This document shows, piece by piece, positions 25,801-38,000 of a stretch of DNA of 64,000 nucleotides. The translations under genes and the position numbers were made by a program. The notes under the pieces were generated by a model. It saw only the letters and a program-made list of their open reading frames with translations, ran no database searches and was not told the DNA's origin. Within the stretch, counting starts at the first letter, position 1, and the number at the start of each line of letters is the position of its first letter. Source of the stretch: Macrostomum hystrix (taxonomy: Eukaryota > Animalia > Platyhelminthes); NCBI GenBank assembly GCA_950097015.1, contig CATNEN010000007.1, positions 2,046,001-2,110,000 of the forward strand, given 5' to 3'.

Positions 25801-27011
25801 ATGCCCACTCGCCCTGTCTCTCTCCCTCACAACGCCATATCTGTCTTGTTTATCGTCGTCACCCTCTCTATTCTACTTACCTGTCCCGTAGTCGCAGAAC
25901 TTGTTCAAATTATGTGTCCATTCACACCCTCACTTATAAGATTATGCAATTATTAACTTGCCCTCAGCCGCCACAACAGTCCCAGAGAAGGCCGACCAGT
26001 CGCGAAGTGAATCAGCGCCAACTGGCTGACGACCGGTCGCCGTCCGCTGATGAAGCTGAGCAGCTGGATGCAGCGCGAGCTGTCACCGCGGCTGCCATCC
26101 CTGCTGAGCAGTGAGCTCAATATTTTTCCATCGAATTTTCATGACAAATTACAGAATAAATAAAGAATAAAAAATCTGTATGCTTCATTCTCTAGCCAGG
26201 CTACTCTGAGTAGAGTAATTTGGATTGTTTTCTATTTTTAATTTATAAAAATATCGATATTTTCCAGAACATACGATGGATCCGAAACAGTTTTGGATTT
26301 GAAGGATCAGATGCGATCGGATTTTGCAGGTAATCATTTTATTGATTGATGATAGCTCGTTATGTTGATTAGTCAAACTGCTTTATATATCGTTATACAA
26401 TTAAAGCTAACACCCCAATTGTCTTTCAGTCGAAATCTCAGGCCTTGAACTCATGGCCACGGGGCGACCCGGCCTTCAGACTTTGCCTTCGCCCTATCGA
26501 ACAACTGATCAGCTGGCTAAAATCAGGCCTCAACTTGAGGAGGTAAGTTTCTGAGCACTAATCACCGTTCAAAGATTGAAGCTTGTCTAACAGGTAGCCA
26601 TCGCGTCTTACAGTTAGCCATCGTGTCTAACAGGTAGCCATCGCGTCTAACAGTTAGCCATCGCATCTAACAGTTAGCCATCGTGTCTAACAGGTAGCCA
26701 TTGCGTCTAACAGGTAGCCATTGCGTCTAACAGGTAGCCACTGCGTCTAACAGGTGGCCATTGCGTCTAACAGGTAGCCATTGCGTCTAACAGGTAGCCA
26801 TTGCGTCTAACAGGTAGCCATCGCGTCTAACAGGTAGCCAGTAATCTTAACAGCTCGAAATCGTGTCTATCAGGCTGTTAATTTATTCATTCTTACTTGT
26901 TGGTGTCGTGTTTGGTTTGGCTTAACGGCAAAGTGGATTTTACATCATTTTTCATCAGGACCTGAGCCATCAGGACTTGTCGCAGCCGAGACAGCGGCAG
27001 AAGCAGCAGCA

Positions 27012-27068
<57 letters not shown>

Positions 27069-27408
27069 GAAGCAGCAGCAGCAGCAATGGTTTGTGCCAG
27101 ACAAAGGAAAGTCGGGCTCTCGCGTCATCAGCGTCCAGCCCAGACCAACTGGGAGGTCCTCGTTCATCAGCGACCGGGTCAGCGGCAGCGCAGCAGCGGC
27201 CCCTGGACATGCCTCAGTTCTGATTGCTGGCTCCAACCAGGACGAGTGGGACATTGTCCGACACTTGGCCAACAGGCCGGAGAGTGACACCAGAGCTCTA
27301 CTGGGCACTGTGCGACGCGAACTCGCGGTGGAATTCGCATCGGACACCCCGGCTGCCGCTTCTGCTGCGCCAGCCGCTACGGCGGAGTCGGCTGCAGGAA
27401 TGGCCTGA
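22805..27408 (+). CDS. Seven phase-compatible exons encoding a low-complexity polyQ-containing protein segment; possibly the cytoplasmic tail of the 18694 gene
   Basis: Exons are 22805-22920, 23399-23588, 23837-23875, 25968-26110, 26268-26329, 26430-26542 and 26959-27408 (TGA). All are GT-AG and the phases chain 0/2/0/0/2/1/0 with no internal stop. No family was recognised. Confidence 0.7.
23020..23210 (+). mobile_element. Diverged, internally deleted SINE family A copy
   Basis: GTCCCTAAGCTCGATTCCGTGTCGAGGCCAC and GCAGATGTACATACCTGTGTGAG match family A. Confidence 0.65.
23630..23815. repeat. CT-rich degenerate intronic repeat
   Basis: GTCTCTGTCTCTCTC motifs. Confidence 0.8.
25492..25770 (+). 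mobile_element. SINE family B, full-length copy
   Basis: A box TAGTGGTTAG, B box GGTTCGATTCC, CORE-like block, palindrome and tail ending GGCTGCACATCTGGCC. Confidence 0.88.
26583..26880. repeat. 20-bp intronic minisatellite
   Basis: GCGTCTAACAGGTAGCCATT, about 13 copies. Confidence 0.93.
26995..27087 (+). repeat. Coding CAG repeat (polyQ interrupted by Lys)
   Basis: CAG runs punctuated by AAG inside exon 26959-27408. Confidence 0.85.
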
Positions 27409-28204
27409 GCACTTGTCCATTAAGTAGGGTGACAAGGGCCTGAGCAGATAGTAAAGGCTGAGTGCCTGAGAGAGTGACTGATAGTTCTCTAAGACGCTGA
27501 CTGTGTAGAGAAGAGATATGATGAGTGGAAGTAATGTCCCTGACCTCACCCATCTAGTCAATGACTATTTGATTTAGTTTTGCAAAAAATTTAAATTTTA
27601 ATAAGACGCCAACTTTTATCAAAGAAGGCGTTTGTTGTGCTAGACAATGCAAACAATCTCACCTACTTTGAAGCATCGTTTTAGTATTGCTTCATTCTGT
27701 ACACAGTGAGTACTCGTAATTTCGTTGACCATTTTATATGTGCAAAAGTTTTTTATGTAGATTTAACACAGCTAGCTTAAATCAGGTGGATGTTGTACAA
27801 AAGTCTTTGTTCTCAAAATTTTCTCATTTTGTGGTTTTTTTAAAAACAATTTGTGATCTTAGAAAAACAATGAATGCACATACGTATATGGTTTTATGTT
27901 CAGTATTTTAAGTACAGTTTTTTCTTTCGTTTATCGCTTCCAAAAGCTATCTGCTAACTAGAACTTATAAACGCACACAATGCCTACACTTGAGCCACAA
28001 TATTTATACAAATAACTGTTGATAACGTCACTTTTTTCTAATGGCGTATTAGTGCTTGACAAAATTTATAACATAAAATAATATTGCTTTCATCTAATTT
28101 TCTTGTCTTTGAATTATCCACAACGCTAAGATAAACAAACAACGTTATTTTATTTTCGAAATTTAATTTTATAACTCTTCCAGCTACTTTGAGGTCGTTG
28201 AAGA

Positions 28205-28725
28205 GCGTGCTGAAGGACTGGAGGGAGGGTATTGGCCAGCGTGCTAAAGGACTGGAGGGAGGGTGTTGGCCAGCGTGCTGAAGGACTGGAGGGAGGGTGT
28301 TGGCCAGCGTGCTGAAGGACTGGAGGGAGGGTATTGGCCAGCGTGCTGAAGGACTGGAGGGAGGGTATTGGCCAGCGTGCTGAAGGACTGGAGGGAGGGT
28401 ATTGGCCAGCGTGCTGAAGGACTGGAGGGAGGGTGTTGGCCAGCGTGCTGAAGGACTGGAGGGAGGGTGTTGGCCAGCGTGCTGAAGGACTGGAGGGAGG
28501 GTGTTGGCCAGAGTGCTGAAGGACTGGAGGGAGGGTATTGGCCAGCGTGCTGAAGGACTGGAGGGAGGGTATTGGCCAGCGTGCTGAAGGACTGGAGGGA
28601 GGGTGTTGGCCAGCGTGCTGAAGGACTGGAGGGAGGGTATTGGCCAGCGTGCTGAAGGACTGGAGGGAGGGTATTGGCTAGCGTGCTAAAGGACTGGAGG
28701 GAGGGTATTGGCCAGCGTGCAGAAG
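28205..28725. repeat. 34-bp intergenic minisatellite, about 15 copies
   Basis: GCTGAAGGACTGGAGGGAGGGTRTTGGCCAGCGT. Confidence 0.95.
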
Positions 28726-29098
28726 GACTCACAATCGTGGATTATCTAGAGTCCTATTGTGAATCATATTCGCTCGTATATAGTAGAAAGAATCAAAACG
28801 TAAGGCATATAAGGAAAGTTGAAAAGATAATTTCAAAAAGCAGTTTGAATCACGCAAAACATCAGTTTTCTTTTGATGCGAGTGTACATTTTCGTGACTT
28901 TGATTTGTCTTAATAAACCGTTTTGTGAGTGACAGATTTTAGATTAGCATGCTCCATAAACATTAGATAGGCTTGTGATTAGCGTTGCAATTCAGCTGTG
29001 ACAGGAAAAAAATAGAGATTTGTTATAAAAACAAACTGATTAGCTGATTTTCCTCCAAGAGAATGCAATAAAATCCGAAATCCACACCATCCGGAAAG

Positions 29099-32000
29099 TC
29101 AAACGCCGATGATTTTCTTCATGATGTAGCCAGGAGCCGAGTACACAAGGAAGACAAGGATGAGTACAATGGGAATGATGATGGCCAGCTTGATAAGCAC
29201 CGAGCGAAACTTCTTGCACAGAAACTTCAGCGTGTTCAGCGGATTCAACAGCTTCAGCAGGCTGCGCTCTGGGCGGCTGTGAAGGGTAACGAGTTTTCAA
29301 AAAATGATGTTTTGTACAAACTGTCGGTATTAACAGTAGATGAATGGCGCACTTTTCCCCTGGGGAAAGACCACAAAAAAACACAAACACAAAAACACAA
29401 AAGACAGAAATGAATTCAAGCATCGCTTACTTCGGCTCTGGCAGGGGGTGCGGCTCCTCGCGACCCAAGCCGACTGGGTCGGCTTCAGCAGCAGCGGCGG
29501 TCAGCAACTCCAGTTCCATGTGGACTACGCCCTGGAAATCGAGAAAATAAATTAACTGGTGCGAATCGAGACAACACATAGATGGATATGACAGGGAGTC
29601 GGTGGCAGAGCGGCTAACGCGTCTGCCTCTCGCACCACGGTCCCTAAGTTCGATTCCAGGGCTAGGCCACATTTATTTGGAGCGCAGCCGCGGAGAGAAG
29701 GCTTGGGGGCTTGCCATGCAGTTTACGTCCTTGAGGGTCAATATCCAAGGCACAGTGAGAGTGTACACTGCCTGACGATGAGAAAGTCAGGGCAGATGTA
29801 CACACCTGTGTGAGCGTATGCGCCCGCGTCGGTATTTGTGCTCTTGTGTGCTCACGAGTCAGCGAAATGGGCAGAATTGCCTCCTCGCTGACTGCGGGTC
29901 TATAGTGTCACCAAATGATGTGCCATTGCCCGCAGCCCTCCTGCAATTATTATTATTATTAGATTATATGACACATAGCTCAGTTAGCCCAGTGGCACAG
30001 CATTGCGTGCTGCTTCCAACGACTGAGTACAATCCTAAAAAGACACGGGCCGAGAGAAGACTCACAGCGAGCATTGGGAATTCCTCGCCGCCCTCAACCT
30101 TCCTCTCCTTGCCCATGAAGGGGAACCAGCCCTTGAGCCGGGGTCGGTCGAACAGGTTCACGGTGCGAATGGTCCTATAGGCCTCGTCAGCCGGGTTGAT
30201 CATGAAGATGTCGCACTCGCTAGCGTTCGGTGGCGGCACGGGAATTTCCGTCAGCTTTAACGAGATATCGCCAAGCTCCAGGTCACGCAGGAACAGATTC
30301 TCGTCGAACAGCTTCAGCGTCAGCTGGCAGGTGGACTTCTTTTTTTGCGGCTCGCTTCGATCGAGAACTCCCTTCTCGGATTCGTACAGGATTCTATTCT
30401 CGGCCTTGATGTACTTGAACTTGAAGACAAATCGGTAATTGAAGTTGCCCTCGCCAGTCTCCGAGCTGCGGGGAATCAGTCGGATGTTTGAGGGATTTGT
30501 TTAACTATTGTCGTTTCGAGATTTTGAAAACGTCAAGTTTTAATATGTTTTGTTCAGGGGGTCAGTAGCAGAGCGGTCTAACACGTTTGCCTCTCCAAGG
30601 TCCCTGAGCTCGATTCCGCGGCGAGAACACATTAATTTGAGGCGCAGCCACGGAGAGAAGGTTTGGGGGCTTATCGTGCAATTTACGGATTGGAGGGCCA
30701 ATCTGCTTGAGTGAAGAAAGTCAGGGCAGATGTACACACCCGTGTGGGTGTGCGCCTGCGTACTGTATCTGTGTGTTTGTGTCTAGGAGGAACGAATTGA
30801 CTCCTCACTGGCTGCGGGTCTACTGTCCAGATGATGTGCCAGTGTCCAGTTTTAAGCTTTGCTCTTTTAAGAGGTCCAGTTTCGATGGTTGCTTTTAGAA
30901 AGCCAATGGTGTCTGCGTTTTTTTTCTCCCCCAGACTGACTTGCTGTGGGTGTCAGTCTTCTGGCCGTCTTCAGCCTCTCCGATCATGAAGCCCTTCACG
31001 TAGATGTCTGTGCTCTCAATGCCAGTGAGGAACGAGGAGTCTGCGGCGATCACATCCTTGGTGTCGTAGATGATCACCCGGAGTTCGTAGCCCAGCGGCT
31101 CCCTCGGCGCGATGTTAATGGGCGCCTGAAGATCGCCGAAGGTCAGCGGAAACACGTCAACCCACATGAGCACGCGGCCCTGCTCGATCTCAGGCTTGGC
31201 TGGGGTGAACAGCGGTCGGGACTCCAGGTGCTCCTTGACCAGCTGGTAGCCACCGAGATTGCTCTGGTCCCAGTTGTGAAGAACGTGCAACGCCAGCGGC
31301 TCCTTGGAGCTGTACGCGTCACCTGACAGGTACGTAATCATTGGGGTTGGATTTTGGGTCCATTAGCAATGAGAACGCGTGACTTATTTCACAAAGACTC
31401 AGAACTCGATTCATTTACAGTTTTTAGTATAGTCCAATAGCTAAGCAACTATGACAAAATGAACGAAAATGATGCGGTACAGTACCAGGTGCTTAGCAAT
31501 TACCCTTCTCATCGTAGATGGTGGCGCTCTTGTAGAAGGTCTCCCCGCCGACGGTGACTCGATTCTGGATGGCCTCGTAGATTGGTTTCTTCAGGCCGTG
31601 CTTCTCGCACAGGCTGGCCAGAATTTCAGAAGGTTTCTGACTGTCCCGCCATCGATTGCAGCCGTTCCTGACGGTGCAGGGTGGTAGCGAAAAAGAATTG
31701 AAATATAAAACGTTAAAAAATCGCTTTTTTGGTAAAAACTTCGGTTAAACTTTTTGGCTATTTTGCTTACGACGCATTGGTAAAATTTGGTTGCTAAAGT
31801 ACAGAGATTGTACTTTAGCAACCCAGGGCCCAGCCCAGGGCCAGATGTACAGCCAGTGGCTCAGCTATTGTGCGGCGCATCCAAAGGCTGTGTACAACTG
31901 TTCGGTCGATGGACTGGCCGAAGCAGCCACACTCATCCCAGCTAACACTAACCACTGAGCTGCAGCCTCCAAGGTAGCGGTATGAACTAATTTGAGCTTT

Positions 32001-35000
32001 CAGAATTGTTAGATGATAGGTAATTGAGTAATAACTAGCTAATGGCAGCAGGTGTGAGCTGAACTCACTCCGTGTACTCCTCCTGGATGCCGCAGTGGCC
32101 GCGGTGCCTAGAGAACAGCCGGTTCTCCAGGTCGATGACAGTCTCTCCCAGCATCTCGTCGCTCCAGAGGCCCTCCGGCCTGGCGTCGTAGTCGAAGATC
32201 TGTACTCGCAGCAGCGAGTCTTTGGGGAAGCGGACGTTGGAAAATTCGATCATCTTGCCGAACACAGGGTTCAGGTCTTTGTTGATTCGCTCCTCGCGGA
32301 AGCTCTGTTTGTTGTCGCCCAGCAGCACAATAAGGTAGGGGTCGGACAAGCCGTTCTCGTCCCGTGGCAGCAGGTTGTTGCACTGGATAATGTAGACTCG
32401 CACCGTGACGTCAATATCGTCGGTTACACCGCGGGATTTCTGCTTCTTGTCCTTCACGGTGAAGTCGGCTGGCAGGTAGCTCTCGAGCCGCAGCTTGTTG
32501 ATCTCCTTGGCGTGGAAGTGACTGGAGCACAGCTTGTAGAGGCACACCTTGGCCTTGAGGGTGCCGGACTGCTGCTTGGCCGAGTCCGGCAGGTCATCAT
32601 TGTCCTCCTTGCCGGTGTAAAGAGCGAAGGACTGCAGGCAGTCGTTGAACCTCTCGTAGTCGGACTCGTCCTCCAGGCAGCCGCCCAGAATTGGAATGGG
32701 CGCCACCCAGGTGAAGTCCTCTTCGGTCCGACGCTGGGTTTCGAATTGCTCCTCGTCGCTGTCCTGCTTGACGGCCTCATCGTACAGCTCCTTGGTGCTC
32801 TTGGCCATCGGGTTCAGCGGCGGTTTGCGCCGACTGGGAGATGCGCGGTTGCGACCAAACAGAAATAAATTAACCAATCAATTAAAAAAACTTATTAATT
32901 AAAAAACAATCAATAAATAAAACCTGGGGTGAGTGGCTGAGCAGTAAACGTGTTTGACAAAGGTCCCTGTGCTTGGCGAGGCCATATTCATTTGGGGCGC
33001 AGCCGCGGAGAGAAGACTTGGGGGCTTGTGGTGCCCTTGTGGGCCAACCTCGAAGGCACAGTGAGAGTGTACACTGCCTAACGATGAGAAAGTCAGGGCA
33101 GATGTACACACCTGTGGGAATGATGCCTGCGTACAGTATCTGTGTGCGTGCGTGTGTGCTCAGGAATCAGCGAAATGGGGAGAATTGCCTCCTCGCTGGC
33201 AGCGGATCCACTGAAACCAAATTATGTACCGTTGCCCACAGCCCCCTGAAATGACTATAATCAATCAATCAAACAATCAATCAATAAACAGCGAGCTATT
33301 AGAAAACAAACCATGGATAAATCCATCAAAAACTAAAGAATGATTGGATAAATTACCAGCGTAATCAACAATCGACCAACCAATCAACAAAGCAAATACA
33401 AATACAAGTTAATCAATAAACTCGTAAAAAATCGAAAAAAAATTGGCAAAATCAATGACTCAATCAAATGAATCAATCTACCGATCAATCAGTTGTGAGT
33501 CGATAAACTAAATCATTCGATTTAGGTAATCTTAACTTCAACCAAGCAAAAATATTCAATTAGCGTATCACCTTAGAAAATTTGAAGGAAATAAATGCTT
33601 CACTGCGTATTTCAACCAGCACAGCAGGACTCACACTTTGCTCTTAATCTTCTTCTGCTTCTTCTTCCTCCTTTTCTTCTGCTTTTTCTTCTTCTTTTTG
33701 TCCGTGAGCTCCTCGAATTCGTCTGCTTCGCCTGAAACCATTTTAGAGGCCATGATTATAAGCAGGCAATGACCAGACTAAAAGTAAATTCATGAGAAAC
33801 TCACTGGTCTCGCTGACTTTTGCTTCAATGTTGGCTAGAAGTTCGGTCTCGTCGGCCACTTCAACAGTGTCGGCATTGGCCAGCTCTTCCTGCTGCACCA
33901 GCTGGCTTAAGTAGAACCTGTGCCACCAGTCCGCAAGCTGGGCATTCTTTGTTGGCTTCGGCGGCGGCTCGATCTCCTGCAGGACGTCGCCTGGCTGGTC
34001 CTCCGGGTTGATATCGACGAGGAGTACGTCGTCCGGATTGAACTGGTTGCCTGTCAGCATCTGCTTGTCCTCTGCCTGAGACTTCTTAGCCTTCGCGTCG
34101 TGCTCGTGATGATGATGATGCTCGTCAGCTTCATTTTCGTCGTCGTGGGTACGAAATCCGACAGCCGGTGCGGTGCCCGCGATATCGTCAACGCTGTCCA
34201 AGCCCTGGTGACTCATAGCCGGGTTGTCAAAACCTTCCAATTGAGAACGATCAGCTCGCGCAGAAGCTCGCCGACTAGCCCGCATCGCCGCCGACCAGAC
34301 AGAGCTGCGTCGCGAGGCCGCGGTCAGCCGAGACGCGGCGAGGCTCTGGCGCCGCAGACCCTCTTTGTGATGCTGCTCAGATCCAGCGTGGCTGTGACTG
34401 TGATGACCATCTTCCGCTTCTTCTTCCCCGTGCTCATGATTTTCATCATTGTCGTCGTGACCATGCTCATGCTCGTGCTCGTGCTCATGCTCCTCCTCAT
34501 CGTGATCGTGGTCGTGCTCGTCGTCCGTGGCTTTCTCATCTTCCAGCAATTGGATTTCATCGATGCTAACGACTGTGTTGCCGATGTAGATTGTCTCGGT
34601 GGTGGAGCTGCTCTGGTCAACCGGCGTCTGCTCGCATTTGAATGTCAGAGCGGGCCAATACCAGCGCTTCTCCGGCAACATCTGCGAGAATGTTTTGGAG
34701 ATGTCAGATGGATTCTACTCAGGATCTGGTGACATTGCAAAACCCATTTGAATGGTACGCTTGTGAAGTAAATATGAGAATCTGTTAAGTTTTTGGAGTT
34801 ATTTTAGGGATCTGGTCAGTTTGCAGACTCCATATGAGGACTAGGATCTGTAGGATCTGGTCGGTTTTTAGAGTCCAAATGAGGATTTGGTAAGTTTGTG
34901 GGTCCTGTTAAGCTTGTGAAATCATATTGAAGACCTATCAAGCTCGTGAACTCAAGTCAGCCCTCGCGGTCACATTCAAGGGCCCTCAGCTCACAATGTC

Positions 35001-38000
35001 GCAGTGCTTGATCAGCTCGTCCTCGATCTTGAAATTGGCGCACTCGCTGTACTTTGTGAGCCTCTTAGTCTCGAGAGTTTTGCCGCCGAACTCCAGCAAC
35101 ACGGACGGGTTCTGCGGCGGCTCGGTGGGCCTATTAAATTTGTTCTTGAGCGGCAGAAGGTCGCGAAGGCCCCAGATCAGCACTTCCAGCCGGTAGGGCA
35201 CCAGTTTCGGCCTGATCTGCTTCGGCACCGGCAGAAGGTCCACCGGCCGGTCCTCCGACATCTCCTTGGGATCCGGACAGTCGCTATCCAGCAGAGCCTC
35301 CACCGACTTGATGTTTACCGGCAGCACTTTGATGACCTCCTCGACTCCGGGCACCCGCTGGCCGTCAACCATCTCGATGAGCTCGAACGAGGCCAGCAGC
35401 TCGCCGGCCGGCCTCTGGGTGCGGTAGAACGGCCACCACTCCAGCAGCGGTGGTGACCACTCCTCGTTGGCTGACACATCCGGGCGCAGCACCACCTTCG
35501 GCTTGCAGAAGCAGCGGCCGAGAAATTCAGCGTCTTTCTATAAGCGATTTTTAACAAAGTCTGGTTGAAGTTTAACGAAACAAGCATAAGCTACTAGGGT
35601 GAAATCGACCGTTTGGAGGCATTTTGGGATAAAAATAGAATAATATCGCTGCTAAGTTTTAGTTTTTAAGTTATAAATGTACTAGCGTATACCACACGTA
35701 GCAAATTCATTGGTTTATATTTGGCTGCAATAAATATTTACTATAAAGAATAATTAAGCGTAAAGTGTCTGTTGCAAAGATGCTTTGCGAAAATAACGTA
35801 CCATCATTATGTCTCCGATATTGCCCTTTCTCTAATTTTTGTTCAGGAAAGTGACAGCGAGATATATTTTTCATATTAACAATTTGTTTTAACGATCGAA
35901 ATAAACGCATTCAAATTGAGGATTTAGATTAGGCATCACGTGACTGGGTAAATGAAGCTTCAGTTCATGTAAGTGAATTCGAAATAAATCATGCCTGCAA
36001 ACTCCGCAAACTCCTTACGACTCAAACGAAATTGAAAGTAAGTAATGAGGAGGCCTGTCAAACAGTAAGGTAATTTAATGCGCATTAATTCAGTCCACGG
36101 ATTAAAATTGTGACAATCACCGCAGTAGTGAAGCACGGAAAACAGCGCACTGTAATTTCTCGATGTGTGACTGACACAGCAAAACGATTAAACGGCAGCT
36201 ACCATAAAAACGACGAGAGGCAATTGAGAATGAGCACACAATGCATTTAGATTTGAGTTATCTGTCGACGAATACATAAAGTTTTAAGCTTTAATTTTAT
36301 GTGATTGCAAGCGTTTCAGTGAGGACATTACCACACGGCCATTGTGGGCGCTGGTACTTACCATTGAAGCTGGTCCGTAGTTTTCGGTCTAATTTAAATG
36401 AAAAAAACGAGAGAAAATTGTGACGTTGATGAATCTCAACGTGAACATTAAAATCTACCCAAACACACAGCTGGATATGTGTACACATGGATTAACACCT
36501 TACAGTTTCACTCACATCATCCTGATCGTCATCAAATGCTTCAACAATGATGACTGGTGGTGATTCATAAATGGCCATTTCGCTGAATGTAAAGTTGATT
36601 GTTGCTCGAATGGTGACGTCCCATTGCGGACTCAGCGTCTGGGTGATGACGGGAGTAGTGAACACCTGGTTGTTGATGATCACCCGAAGGAAGACATCGG
36701 AGAGACCTGATTCGTCGCTGCGGAGAATCTTTCGGGCCGAGAAGATGTAAGCTCGGAACTCGAAGGTGCTCAGCTCGTTGTACTCGATGCACTTCGGCGG
36801 GCACTTTCGAACCCGCGGATTCGCCTCGCCTTCAACCTCTGGGAAGTTGAAACAGCTCTTGTTGTAGCCGCTGGGCAGGTCGTTGATGTAGTAGCGAATT
36901 TCCTTCATCCTGCCCAGCCAGAAGTACATGCGCAGCGCAGCGGGCATTTTGCGACCGCCTTCGCCGACGCCCTGATTGCCGGGTCTGCGCAGGAACACCT
37001 GGACGAGTGATGAAGGGCGTACGAGGAACTCTCTCAGGCGGCTCTCTAAAGAACTCATTTTAAATTACGAGGATTTTAAACCAACGAATGAACCACAAGA
37101 CACCCAAATGTGAGCAAAAAATCGTGCTCACCGATGACAGTCGGCCGCAGTCTTTTCCTCGCTCGTCTCCTACGAACGAGTGAATGATCTGCCTGGCTGG
37201 AATTCTAGCAAAAGCTACTCGCTTCTTCTTGCGCATATCCGAGTGCAGATTCATCCAAAGGAACACATCCGGCAGGGCGGCCTGCGGATCCTCGGACAGG
37301 TTGCGCAGGATGCGACTCAGAGTGCGACAGTCGTTTAGCACCTGCTGCACATTTTGTACAGTGAGCTGGCGCAGCAGCATGGACACTTTGGTGTAGGCCT
37401 GCGCCAGGACAAGCTTAATCCGCGCTTTCCTTCGCTGGTCCAGCTGGGTCTTCATGCCGGTGCCGCGGCAGGCTGCGACACACTCGCTGCTCTGCGTCAG
37501 CTTGTTGAGCAGGGCGCGCAGGGTGTCCCGCATTTTGCGTTTCTTGCTTCTCGAGTTAACGTCGATGTATTGTTGCACTTCATCCAGGTCAAGACTCTGA
37601 GGCAGTGAGTCCGAGTGAGAAAGCATGGCATGAGTGCTGGCTGGTTGATTCCGAGTGAGAAAGCATGGCATGAGTGCTGGCTGGTTGATTCCGAGTGAGA
37701 AAGCATGGCATGAGTGCTGGCTGGTTGATTCCGAGTGAGAAAGCATGGCATGAGTGCTGGCTGGTTGATTCCGAGTGAGAAAGCATGGCATGAGTGCTGG
37801 CTGGTTGAGTCCGAGTGAGAAAGCATGGCATGAGTGCTGGCTGGTTGAGTCCGAGTGAGAAAGCATGGCATGAGTGCTGGCTGGTTGATTCCGAGTGAGA
37901 AAGCATGGCATGAGTGCTGGCTGGTTGAGTCCGAGTGAGAAAGCATGGCATGAGTGCTGGCTGGTTGATTCCGAGTGAGAAAGCATGGTATGAGTGCTGG

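Noticed and set aside
28205-28725. CRISPR-like arrays (34-40-bp periodicity here and at 37605, 40975, 63043)
   Set aside because: The units are head-to-tail with no unique spacers, the context is eukaryotic and there are no cas genes.
29768-29790. Hammerhead ribozyme core (CTGACGA...GAAA) in SINE A
   Set aside because: Only 3 nt separate CUGANGA from GAAA, so there is no stem II, and no stem III/NUH geometry is present. The bases are better explained by the simple hairpin.
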